A stretch of DNA of 44,857 nucleotides from Bdellovibrionota bacterium. GTDB taxonomy: Bacteria; Bdellovibrionota_C; UBA2361; OMII01. The notes beneath the pieces were generated by a model. The model worked only from the letters and a program-made list of their open reading frames with translations. It was not told where the DNA came from and searched no databases. The stretch is taken from positions 1 through 44,857 of the forward strand of contig JBIKWQ010000021.1 of the NCBI GenBank assembly GCA_044356215.1, given 5' to 3'. Below, piece by piece: positions 19,242 to 27,848 of the stretch. A program made the translations under genes and the position numbers. Position 1 is the first letter of the stretch. Each line of letters opens with the position of its first letter.

Positions 19242-19296
19242 GCTAGCTAGGCGCTGGAAGGCTGAACTACTGAAGTAAATCTTAAGTAACTCCGCG

Positions 19297-19348
19297 CCAG
19301 TGTCAATCCGTGCCAGTGTCAATCACACCAGTGTCAATTACCAGTGTC
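19297..19348. repeat. Short direct-repeat cluster, CCAGTGTC(AAT) x4
   Basis: Copies start at 19297, 19313, 19328 and 19341. Confidence 0.8.
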
Positions 19349-19390
19349 CTATAGACACTCATTTCCCCTTAAGCACCTCTGCCTGCTCCC

Positions 19391-20602
19391 CTACACCGCC
19401 CCAAACACCCTCTCAATCTTCTCAAGACCCCAATCAAGGTCAGTCTTGGATATAATCAACGGCGGCGCCAGCCTTATCGTTTGGACATGGGTGTCTTTGC
19501 ACAAGACACCCTCTTTCTTTAGCTTCTTGCAGAAATCCTTCGCTGTTCCCGCGGCTGGATCAATATCGACTCCGATCATTAATCCTCGTCCACGAACCGC
19601 TGTGATGTACTTTGAGTTCATCGCCTTTAGACGCTCTAGCATATAAGCCCCAAGCTCGGCCGAGCGACGCTCAGGTTTCTCCTCGCGAACGATCGCCAAC
19701 ACCTCTCGCGCAATCGCGCATGCGAAGGGATTACCACCTAACGTGCTACCGTGAGTGCCCGGTGTGAGAACTTTCATTATATCGTTGTTGGCTATCACCG
19801 CTGAGATCGGAACAACACCTCCTCCCAAAGACTTGGCCATAAGATACATATCTGGAACAACGCCCTCGTGGTCACACGCGAAGATCTTTCCGGTTCTTCC
19901 AAGCGAAGTCCAGATTTCATCCGCGATCATCAACACATTGTGCTTAGTGCAGCTCTCACGAATGCTCTTTAGGAATCCATCAGGCGGAATAATCACACCA
20001 CCCTCTCCTAATATAGGCTCAACTAAAACCGCCACTGTATTAGGAGTGATCGCCGCCTCTATCGCCTTGGCATCTCCATAAGGAACGACGACGAATCCAG
20101 GCATATAAGGACCGAATCCCTTTCGGCTAAGCTCCGAGGTTGAGAAACTGATGATAGCTGATGTACGGCCGTGAAAATTCCCGCTGGCAACTATTATCTC
20201 AGCTTTCCCGTCCGGAACACCTTTAACTTCGTATCCCCACTTCCTCGAGCACTTAATCGCTGTCTCAACAGCTTCAGCCCCGGTGTTCATCAGGAGCACC
20301 TTCTCTTTCTTAGCGAGCTCACAGATCTCTTTACACAAAAAACCAACATTCTCGGCGTAAAAAGCCCGACTCACCATAGTTAAGGTATCGAGCTGCCTCT
20401 TCGCCGCTTCCACTACTCGTGGATGGCGGTGACCGAAATTAAGCGAGCTGTAGGCACTTAAGAAATCGATGTAGCGCTTTCCTTCTACATCCTCGACCCA
20501 TACCCCTTCGGCTTTTTTAATCACCACTTCAAGAGGCGCGTAATTATTCGCTGAGTACTTTTCGGTTAATTCAATAATCTCTTGTGAGTTCATACGATCC
20601 AT
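19391..20602 (-). CDS. rocD: Ornithine--oxo-acid transaminase
   Basis: ANNYAPL, DFLSAYSSLNFGHRHP, MNTGAEAVETAIK, NFHGRT, PLP Lys in AKSLGGG, PGTHGSTLGGNP, KDTH. Confidence 0.93.
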   Translation of the reverse strand: MDRMNSQEIIELTEKYSANNYAPLEVVIKKAEGVWVEDVEGKRYIDFLSAYSSLNFGHRHPRVVEAAKRQLDTLTMVSRAFYAENVGFLCKEICELAKKEKVLLMNTGAEAVETAIKCSRKWGYEVKGVPDGKAEIIVASGNFHGRTSAIISFSTSELSRKGFGPYMPGFVVVPYGDAKAIEAAITPNTVAVLVEPILGEGGVIIPPDGFLKSIRESCTKHNVLMIADEIWTSLGRTGKIFACDHEGVVPDMYLMAKSLGGGVVPISAVIANNDIMKVLTPGTHGSTLGGNPFACAIAREVLAIVREEKPERRSAELGAYMLERLKAMNSKYITAVRGRGLMIGVDIDPAAGTAKDFCKKLKKEGVLCKDTHVQTIRLAPPLIISKTDLDWGLEKIERVFGAV

Positions 20603-20611
20603 TTGAACAAG

Positions 20612-22009
20612 TTAGAATTTAGCGAACCCTGGAAATCGCGGGAAAGCGATCACATCGCGGATGTTTTGCATACCAGTAATGTACATGAGCAGCCGCTCGA
20701 ATCCTAGACCAAATCCCGAGTGCGGAACTGACCCGAATTTACGAAGCTCCAGATACCACCAGTACGCCGCGGCATCGAGCCCGAACTCATTTATCTTTGA
20801 CAGCAGGACATCGTGACGCTCTTCTCTCTGCGATCCACCGACGATCTCTCCTAATCTCGGCACCAACACATCCATCGCCCGAACTGTCTTACCGTCCTCG
20901 TTTAGGCGCATGTAAAAAGATTTAATATCCTTTGGATAATTCACAACCGTTACTGGCCCTTTCACATGCTCATCGGTCAGAAATCGCTCATGCTCGGATT
21001 GGAGATCAATCCCCCACTTAACAGGATACTCGAAACTCTTACCACTCTTCTCGAGAATTGAGATCGCCTCGGTGTAGTCTAAAGAGGCGAATTTAGCCTC
21101 ACTAACACTCTGTAGGTTCTCTAAGTGCCCGGATTGCACCCACTCCTGAGAAGCTAGGAACTCAAGGTCTTTCGCGCAGGTATTTAGCACCTCTCGGATC
21201 ACCTGCTGCACGCACTCCTGAGCCAACTCCATATTGTCCTCTAGCTCGTAGAAAGCCATCTCAGGCTCAATCATCCAGAATTCAGCTAGGTGACGTGTTG
21301 TATTTGAATTCTCGGCTCGAAATGTAGGTCCAAACGTGTAGATTTTTGAGAGCCCCATCGCACACACCTCACCCTCGAGCTGACCGGAAACTGTCAAACT
21401 AGCTGGCTCTTTGAAGAAATCCTGAGAGTAATCGATCTTGCCATTAATTCGTGGAGGATTCTCTTGATCCAACGTTGAAACGTGAAACATCTCTCCCGCG
21501 CCCTCACAATCCGAAGTGCTAATAATCGGAGTATTAAGATAAAAGAAGCCACGCTCGTTAAAGAATCGATGCACGGCGAAAGCCGCCGCCGACCTCACGC
21601 GCAGTACAGCTCCCATTGTTGCCGTGCGGGGCCTTAAGTGTAACATCTCGCGGAGAAACTCTAAGGTGTGCTGCTTTTTCTGTAGCGGAAACTCCTCTGG
21701 ATCAGCCTCTCCTAAAAGAGCTAACTCCTTTACCTGCATCTCATAACGCTGGCCCTTTCCTGGCGATAGCACCAGCTCTCCAGCGACGCGAATCGACGCT
21801 CCGGTCTGTAATTTCGGCGCGACCTCCGCATATCCGGCTAAATTAGGATCAATCACTAGCTGCAAATGCGCGGCGCACGTCCCGTCACTCAATTCTATAA
21901 AGGAAACTCTCTTAGATTGCCGGTGGGTCTTAATCCATCCTCCAAGCTCAAGGTGCCCTACCTGAACCTTATCCTCAGTAACATCTCGAATTGTTGATAA
22001 TCTGGCCAT
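20612..22009 (-). CDS. asnS: Asparagine--tRNA ligase
   Basis: SDCEGAGE, LTVSGQL, FGPTFRAENSNTTRHLAEFWMIEPE, WGIDLQSEHER, PHSGFGLGFER. Confidence 0.97.
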   Translation of the reverse strand: MARLSTIRDVTEDKVQVGHLELGGWIKTHRQSKRVSFIELSDGTCAAHLQLVIDPNLAGYAEVAPKLQTGASIRVAGELVLSPGKGQRYEMQVKELALLGEADPEEFPLQKKQHTLEFLREMLHLRPRTATMGAVLRVRSAAAFAVHRFFNERGFFYLNTPIISTSDCEGAGEMFHVSTLDQENPPRINGKIDYSQDFFKEPASLTVSGQLEGEVCAMGLSKIYTFGPTFRAENSNTTRHLAEFWMIEPEMAFYELEDNMELAQECVQQVIREVLNTCAKDLEFLASQEWVQSGHLENLQSVSEAKFASLDYTEAISILEKSGKSFEYPVKWGIDLQSEHERFLTDEHVKGPVTVVNYPKDIKSFYMRLNEDGKTVRAMDVLVPRLGEIVGGSQREERHDVLLSKINEFGLDAAAYWWYLELRKFGSVPHSGFGLGFERLLMYITGMQNIRDVIAFPRFPGFAKF

Positions 22010-22166
22010 GAATAAATAACCTCTCTCTGTCAGGTTTTAAAAACTGTTTTTTGAATCCCCTTATGTGCTGTTAATGCTATTTAACAGCTACCAAGACTCT
22101 CCGCGTCTGGGGGCCCTTGATTATACCTCGCAAAACGGATACCGTAACGCCCTATCGCAAACTTAT

Positions 22167-22241
22167 CGGGGTGTAGCTCAGCCCGGCTAGAGCACTAGTT
22201 TTGGGAACTAGGGGTCGGAGGTTCAAATCCTCTCACCCCGA
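22167..22241 (+). tRNA. tRNA-Pro (anticodon TGG); CCA not encoded
   Basis: CGGGGTG/CACCCCG acceptor stem, CTAGT-TTTGGGA-ACTAG anticodon arm, GGAGG-TTCAAAT-CCTCT T arm. Confidence 0.95.
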
Positions 22242-22437
22242 TTTTTTTGTTTGCAGCTCGTTTTTGGCCCTTTTCTAATCGCTAAAAACGCCTCAGGTGC
22301 TGACTTCCACCTGACTTTACACTACATAACACATTAAAAGTAAAAGACTTATTAGCCCTCGATCTTCTGCGCCAGATCTGTATACTAGCGTTCTATTAGG
22401 CTGCTTAATCAAGATCGCTCTGGAGCGAAACAGCAAA

Positions 22438-23064
22438 ATGAACAAGCAACGTGTCATTTCGATTGTGGCCATACTGTGCCTGGCTCAGTTGGCGATAATC
22501 ATCTCAAAGCAGGCAGAGGATAAGAATTCAGAGCTTGGCCGATTAGGAGAGCAGATCTCTCAATCTGCATCCCGGGTTGGAGATCTACTCACACCTTCAC
22601 GTGCGCGCCAGCAAGGCAACGTAATTCCACCGGCAGATACGATTCTAAAAGGTTCTTCAGCAAACGGATCCAAGGACCGCGCGCTACCGCCCAACAAAGC
22701 TTCGCGGCAAGCGCCAACTCGCGACCCATTTGTTCCCTTCTTCTCGGTAAAAGGTGGTCCAAAAGAAACTGACCAAGCTAATCCGCTTACCTCATACGAC
22801 CTATCTGAGCTAAGAGTTGTCGCGATCGTGCAAAGCTCTCAGGGGACAACTTCAGCCTCAGTTGAGACCAAAGACGGCAAGAGCTTTATTGTAAAGAATG
22901 GTACTAAGGTCGGCGCTTACGGAGGAACGGTCTCAAACATCTCGGCAACTACTATTTATATCGAGGAGCCTAGTAGCTCTCTGATTGGAGAGTCAACCAA
23001 AGCCACGCGGGAACTCTCGCTTAAGACCGCACAACTACCGAGTGGAATAGCGAATCAAAAATAG
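22438..23064 (+). CDS. pilP: PilP-like pilus assembly protein
   Basis: N-terminal anchor; RDPFVPF motif followed by PLTSYDLSELRVVAIV...IVKNGTKVG...I PilP beta domain. Confidence 0.7.
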   Translation: MNKQRVISIVAILCLAQLAIIISKQAEDKNSELGRLGEQISQSASRVGDLLTPSRARQQGNVIPPADTILKGSSANGSKDRALPPNKASRQAPTRDPFVPFFSVKGGPKETDQANPLTSYDLSELRVVAIVQSSQGTTSASVETKDGKSFIVKNGTKVGAYGGTVSNISATTIYIEEPSSSLIGESTKATRELSLKTAQLPSGIANQK

Positions 23065-23088
23065 TGCGTAGGTATTCAGTAACGCGCT

Positions 23089-23337
23089 TTATCGCGAACG
23101 CCGATTCATTCTCTCAGCGCAATCATTCCATGGCCCGCTCATACAGTTCATGGAATTGATTCCATCATCGATCACAGCGTGTCTGAATGTATGCGTGCGA
23201 ACCTTAACCCAGGAGCTATCAGCGCGAGGATAAGCGAAAAACCCCACAGCGGCGAAGAGCGCCACGACTCCCAGAGAGGCTCCGATAGCGACGTTTTTAC
23301 GTCTTACAGGTGACGACACACTACGACTAACTTCCAT
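23089..23337 (-). CDS. Small single-TM hypothetical protein
   Basis: 82 aa; GGGGAG SD; one hydrophobic helix; two C-terminal Cys. Confidence 0.55.
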   Translation of the reverse strand: MEVSRSVSSPVRRKNVAIGASLGVVALFAAVGFFAYPRADSSWVKVRTHTFRHAVIDDGINSMNCMSGPWNDCAERMNRRSR

Positions 23338-23571
23338 ACAACTCCCCCCGATTTACTCTGCTAATTTCCATGAAGCCTTAGCGCTTAAGCTGGTACAGAT
23401 TTGCGTAGCTCGGCGAAAATAATGCACAGGCACTATCCACCGTAACTTCACTCAAAACCTAATCAGCGCAGCCGTTTAATCTGGACTTACTAGCTAGTAT
23501 CGCGCGCATGAACCAGGCATACTAACGTGGCAGCAATTTGTGGGCCGGTAGCGCCTATACGAGATTAAACT

Positions 23572-23964
23572 ATGGATAGCTCTCTCCTCGCTTTTCATCA
23601 CGTAGCGATAATCGCCAGCGATTATAATCGCTCGAAAATTTTCTATATGAACGCCCTAGGATTCTCCGTACTGGCCGAAAACTACCGAGAGGATCGTGGG
23701 TCTTATAAATTAGATCTAATTGGGGCTGGTAATATGCGTCTTGAGATATTCTCATTCCCCGATTCTCCGCCGCGTGTGAGTCGCCCCGAGGCGTGCGGAT
23801 TACGACACCTCGCCTTTCGTGTCGCTAATTTAGAGAAAGAGGTCGCCCGACTAAAAGAGCTCGGCGTATCTGTTGAGCCAACGCGAATAGATGAATATAC
23901 CGGAAAAAAATTCGCCTTTTTTGCTGATCCGGATGGATTACCGTTGGAACTCTACGAGGAGTAG
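23572..23964 (+). CDS. gloA2: VOC family glyoxalase-like protein (YaeR type)
   Basis: HHVAIIASDY, SYKLDL, RVSRPEACGLRHLAF, DPDGLPLELYE. Confidence 0.9.
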   Translation: MDSSLLAFHHVAIIASDYNRSKIFYMNALGFSVLAENYREDRGSYKLDLIGAGNMRLEIFSFPDSPPRVSRPEACGLRHLAFRVANLEKEVARLKELGVSVEPTRIDEYTGKKFAFFADPDGLPLELYEE

Positions 23965-24012
23965 GCCTCAGTAATCAGGGGCTTAATTCGCCTCTATAAA
24001 ACAACAGCCGCC

Positions 24013-25050
24013 CTACCACAACAAAGCTAATAACCCGACATACATAATCAGAGTTCCAACAATTCGTCGGCCTCTGTTCTTCTCATTAAACAACTTGCCC
24101 CCAGCAACGACAGTAAAGATCATCGACATACGCATAATCCCAACGACCACATGAGCTGGCAAGGTCGTCAGAGCTACCATCTTCGCCACCATAAATCCGG
24201 TTTCAAAAAAGCCACGTAGAAAAAATGACCCCGCATTTGAGGTCAGATCAACCCTAGCTGAAGGGACACGAAACAGCGCCGGTAACGTAAGGAGTGCGGC
24301 GCATACTGTAACCGAGAACGCCGACGTGACAGCCCCTGCTTGACCGACCGCAAGACGATCAAGCGCGCTGTTGAGCGCGAAGGCCAGAGACCCGATAAGC
24401 GCATAAATCACGGCCACAGGTTGCGCGACTTTTCCCGTTGTCCGGTCGCGTTTCACAAGCACCAAACCTCCCAGGACTATAAGTACAACCCCAAGCACCT
24501 CAGAGCGATGAATTACATCACCTGTGATAAATGGGGAGATGATGGTCAAAAAAAGAGGCGACAACGAGAGCAGTCCGCTTACAAGCGATACATCCCCTTT
24601 TTCAAACGCGCGCATCTTGCACCCCTCAGCGCACACATCCGATATACCACGCATAAACACGAGGGCAAGAAACGTTTGTGAGAGCGAGCCACTAGGGAAG
24701 CGAGGCAAAACCTTCCCGTAGCGAGAAAGTGGAGGTTGAGTTGATATTCGAGTTTCGTGATGAGAAAAAACCGCAGATGTATCCGCTGAGATACATTGAG
24801 GATTTTTTCTCGTCGCGAAATTCGAAGAGCAGCTCAAGATCCGCTTTCGCAGCAGGGAGGGGTTTTGCCTCGCTTCCCTCGGTTCCCCGTACAAGTAAAG
24901 GGCTGCCAAGATTATCGCATAGAACGGCAACGCAAAAAGAAATGAGGCAAAGGTAGAGATATCTGGATTGACCTTACTGGCAACGGATTTGCTCACGAGG
25001 TCTTTTGCAGTGGCCGCGCAGGCGGCTAGTAGGGTAGCTATGATTCCCAT
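24013..25050 (-). CDS. EamA/DMT family transporter with an in-frame 62-aa MITE-derived insert
   Basis: About 10 TM segments in two repeats (AFEKGDVSLVSGLLSLSPLF; LFNEK); 283 aa once the insert is removed. Confidence 0.88.
   Translation of the reverse strand: MGIIATLLAACAATAKDLVSKSVASKVNPDISTFASFLFALPFYAIILAALYLYGEPREARQNPSLLRKRILSCSSNFATRKNPQCISADTSAVFSHHETRISTQPPLSRYGKVLPRFPSGSLSQTFLALVFMRGISDVCAEGCKMRAFEKGDVSLVSGLLSLSPLFLTIISPFITGDVIHRSEVLGVVLIVLGGLVLVKRDRTTGKVAQPVAVIYALIGSLAFALNSALDRLAVGQAGAVTSAFSVTVCAALLTLPALFRVPSARVDLTSNAGSFFLRGFFETGFMVAKMVALTTLPAHVVVGIMRMSMIFTVVAGGKLFNEKNRGRRIVGTLIMYVGLLALLW
24695..24878. mobile_element. Palindromic MITE family A, copy 2 (intragenic, in frame, inverted relative to copies 1 and 3)
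   Basis: GGGAAGCGAGGCAAAACC / GGTTTTGCCTCGCTTCCC TIR; TA and TC flanks; 184 + 2 = 186 nt = 62 codons. Confidence 0.92.
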
Positions 25051-25115
25051 GGGAGATGGACGCTATCATGATCGCATTTTTAATGAAAATAAAGCGGCGC
25101 CAATCTGATTAATCG

Positions 25116-25330
25116 TCAGGATATTAATTCCAACTCTCTCATCCGCCCTGAAATCTGCTCGCGAGCGGATGGGCTTGCGGGCACTAGCGGAAGACGAACC
25201 TGACTCGATCCGAACCCCAATAACTCCGTGCCATATTTAACAGGGGATGGGCTCGTCTCGCAGAAGAGCGCCTCACGAAGCGGTTGTAGCGCTAGGGTTA
25301 TCTGCTGCGCTCTCTGAATATCATCCTTCG
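25116..25330 (-). pseudogene. C-terminal fragment of dihydrodipicolinate synthase (dapA-like)
   Basis: LQPLREALFCETSPSPVKY...VRLPLVP is the DapA C-terminus; the N-terminal ~220 aa are absent. Confidence 0.75.
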
Positions 25331-25680
25331 TGCAATTGGGCGCTGGCCACCACACCTACACTTTCAGCTAATGCTAGATCTTCTCGGTAACGTCGGAGAC
25401 TTTCCCGGTGTATGCACTCCTAATAGCCGCGAACTGTATGAGCTTGCATGCCCAAGCCCGTTGCTGCTTCTTAACGGTGATGGCTCACTTGATCAAAGCC
25501 CTCTTGGCGATCTCGAAACTTAAATTAAAAAACTCCCCCTCCCATATTGTTGACCTACTCGCCAACACAAGGCGCGGACGCCTCTCCTCCCCCGAGCGCC
25601 AGATCCTAGTTGGTCTATTCGGCATGACTCGCGAAAGCATGTGGATTAAGTGGTAGACCCCCACCTAGCGCGCTGTCTGT

Positions 25681-25908
25681 GAGAAGGCTATTGAGAGTTT
25701 ATTTGACGATGACGAGGAAGGTCTAAAACAACTAAACCGAAAGTTATTCGATAAAATTAATTCCAGTGGCAAGCTTTATATGACCCACACAGTGCTATCA
25801 GGACGCTACACCCTGAGGCTCTCGATTGGACAGACAACTACTACAAGAGATCATGTGCGAGTGGCTCTCGAGGAGATCATGAGCGTTGCGAGAGGGGTTA
25901 GGACTTAA
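25681..25908 (+). pseudogene. C-terminal fragment of a group II PLP-dependent (aromatic L-amino acid) decarboxylase
   Basis: LNRKLFDKINSSGKLYMTHTVLSGRYTLRLSIGQTTTTRDHV...*; two in-frame TAG stops just upstream; not in the ORF track. Confidence 0.7.
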
Positions 25909-25918
25909 TTTAGGCCAG

Positions 25919-26014
25919 GCAGAGGACACAGAGACTCTCCATAATTGCCAATAAAATGGCCTATTCCCTGCGTCATCTGCGCCTTCTGTGGTGAAAAAGA
26001 ACTGCGACTCCCTA
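25919..26014. mobile_element. Decayed partial copy of MITE family C (right part)
   Basis: GCAGAGGACACAGAG...CCATAATTGCC-ATAAAATGGCC...CTGTGGTGA-AAAGAACTGCGAC-CCCTA aligns to about 5630-5726. Confidence 0.8.
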
Positions 26015-26092
26015 TCCTAAGCACCAATTTGCTTACCTATTTAGTCCCGCATATACTTCTTAATAGCCGTTAACATATCCTGAGGACCCTAT

Positions 26093-26995
26093 ATGTCAGT
26101 CACATTTAATAACGCATCCGTTGACTTAAGCTCACTTTATTCAGATCCCTCGGCTAATGCTCTTGCTTTGTTTTTTAACTTTGCCAGTGGCAGATGTTAC
26201 CATGCGGCAGATCCTTTACTTGATCAGCTGCAGGTTAATGAACCACAGAAAAGTTGGACCGGCCACTCCTGGGTAACAGTCAACAGATTCGGATTTGAGA
26301 CAGCTTCGCTCGGAACGAATTGGGCCGTGGATTCTTTTGTAAAAACTCTAGATGATAAATCATCTGTGCTGGATATCGGAGCCGGATATGGAGCTATATC
26401 AAAAGCCGCTATCAAGTCTGGAGCCAAAGTCGTCAGCAATGACCTCGCTCTGGAACACTTACTATGGCTGCGGGGTCAAGTAGATGTAGAAGAAAAAACT
26501 CGACTTTATTTAAATACCGGACGTTTCCCAGATCTTGATATTGCGCCTGAATCACTAACTCACATCTCAGCCCATCGTGTCTTTCATTTCCTTTCCGGCT
26601 CGGAACTGGAGCTAGGGTTGGCAAACTGCTTCAAATGGCTTAAGCCTGGCGGAATGTTCTTGGGTGTAGCTATGTCAGCGACACATGTCCGCTTTCGCGA
26701 TGCTTTTTATCCTGAATATGAACAAAGAAAAGATTCGGGAGGGCGCTGGCCAGGTGAGTGGTTAGACGTTGCCACCCACTTACCAGAGCAACTACACGCT
26801 CTGCCCGACAAACTACATGTTTTTACCCCCGATAAACTAGCTGATGAGGTCACAAAGGCGGGTTTCACAATTACTCAATCCAACTTTATTTCCCTACAAC
26901 AGTTTGGAAAGTCTGATGAGGGCAGAGATGGGAAGGAAGCCGTTGGCTTCATCGCCTTCAAGGTCCCTGATCCGGCCGCTTCCACACGTGTATGA
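26093..26995 (+). CDS. Class I SAM-dependent methyltransferase
   Basis: VLDIGAGYG motif I; VFHF; WLKPGG. Confidence 0.88.
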   Translation: MSVTFNNASVDLSSLYSDPSANALALFFNFASGRCYHAADPLLDQLQVNEPQKSWTGHSWVTVNRFGFETASLGTNWAVDSFVKTLDDKSSVLDIGAGYGAISKAAIKSGAKVVSNDLALEHLLWLRGQVDVEEKTRLYLNTGRFPDLDIAPESLTHISAHRVFHFLSGSELELGLANCFKWLKPGGMFLGVAMSATHVRFRDAFYPEYEQRKDSGGRWPGEWLDVATHLPEQLHALPDKLHVFTPDKLADEVTKAGFTITQSNFISLQQFGKSDEGRDGKEAVGFIAFKVPDPAASTRV

Positions 26996-27115
26996 TAGTA
27001 GGAAACGCAGCGATACTATCCGCCAAAAGCGCCGCGAAGGTCGCTTTGTTTATGTGTTGGCACCCAGAAGAATAAGCAACGATAACTAAGAAATCACGCC
27101 ACCCCCTCAGCCCAC

Positions 27116-27412
27116 CTAAACCCCCTGAATCTTAGGCTTGAAGGATACATCCATGCCTAGCTGAGAAAGAATCGTGGTAAGGCTAGATAGGCGCGGGTTG
27201 CCGTCTTTTGAAAGCATATCATATAGATTCTCACGGTTGAGCTCAGTAGCATCAGAGAGGGCCTTCATACCACCCTGAGCTATAGCTACATTTCTGATGC
27301 CCTCCAGAAAAACATCCGGCCCTTCCTCTAAACAAGCTGTTAAATATCCCGCGGCGTATTCGAGATCTTTCAGTTCCTCAATAAGGTACTCATCGTAATC
27401 AACCGTAGTCAT
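27116..27412 (-). CDS. Putative addiction module antidote protein (HTH)
   Basis: YAAGYL...FLEGIRNVAIAQGGMKALSDATELNRENLYDMLSKDGNPRLSSL; ATG 27412 overlaps the toxin 3' end. Confidence 0.9.
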   Translation of the reverse strand: MTTVDYDEYLIEELKDLEYAAGYLTACLEEGPDVFLEGIRNVAIAQGGMKALSDATELNRENLYDMLSKDGNPRLSSLTTILSQLGMDVSFKPKIQGV

Positions 27413-27736
27413 ACGTTTTGTTCCTTTGGTAATCCTTCCAGAATTCTTTTGCTTTTTCGATGTCGCCATCCTGAGAACCCTTATCGCCGCCACAAAGGAG
27501 GATCACAACCGTCCCACCTTCGAGGCCGATATAAACACGATATCCGGGACCAATAAAAAGCCTGAGCTCAGTTACTCCTTCACCCACCGCGCGGTGATCT
27601 CCAAGCTAACACGAGCAATTCGTGCCTCGATTGCTTGTTTCCCTCGAACATCCCGCAGACTTCTCATCCATGTCACAAAAGGACGCTCCCCGCTTTCACG
27701 CTGGTATATCCTTATAGCCCTTCGCAGAACCTCCAT
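27399..27736 (-). pseudogene. RelE/ParE-family addiction module killer protein, frameshifted
   Basis: N-half MEVL...PFVTWMRSLRD...IEARIARVSL in one frame; C-half GDHRAVGEGVTELRLFIGPGYRVY...LLCGGDKGSQ in another; break near 27603. Confidence 0.88.
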
Positions 27737-27746
27737 GTACCTCCAG

Positions 27747-27764
27747 TGTAGGTTAAAACCTACA
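27747..27764. promoter_or_regulatory. Palindromic operator upstream of the TA operon
   Basis: TGTAGGTT-AA-AACCTACA perfect IR immediately 5' of the toxin SD (GGAGG). Confidence 0.7.
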
Positions 27765-27848
27765 TAACCGCAAGACTTTTTCTTTATCCTCCTTAGGCGG
27801 CAATCTACCTCTGCGCGAGCGCAAGCAGATACGCACTTCCCCTCCCCC

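Noticed and set aside
19297..19348. Possible CRISPR array
   Set aside because: Repeats are 8-11 bp with 2-5-bp gaps, and there are no cas genes in the window
24693..24880. Intein or group I/II intron explanation for the EamA insert
   Set aside because: No C/S...HN intein ends, too short for self-splicing introns, and homologous copies are intergenic with TIRs
25408..25656. 82-aa ORF as a real gene, or stop-codon readthrough into the decarboxylase tail
   Set aside because: No recognisable homology; two TAG stops intervene and TAG is a normal stop throughout this window
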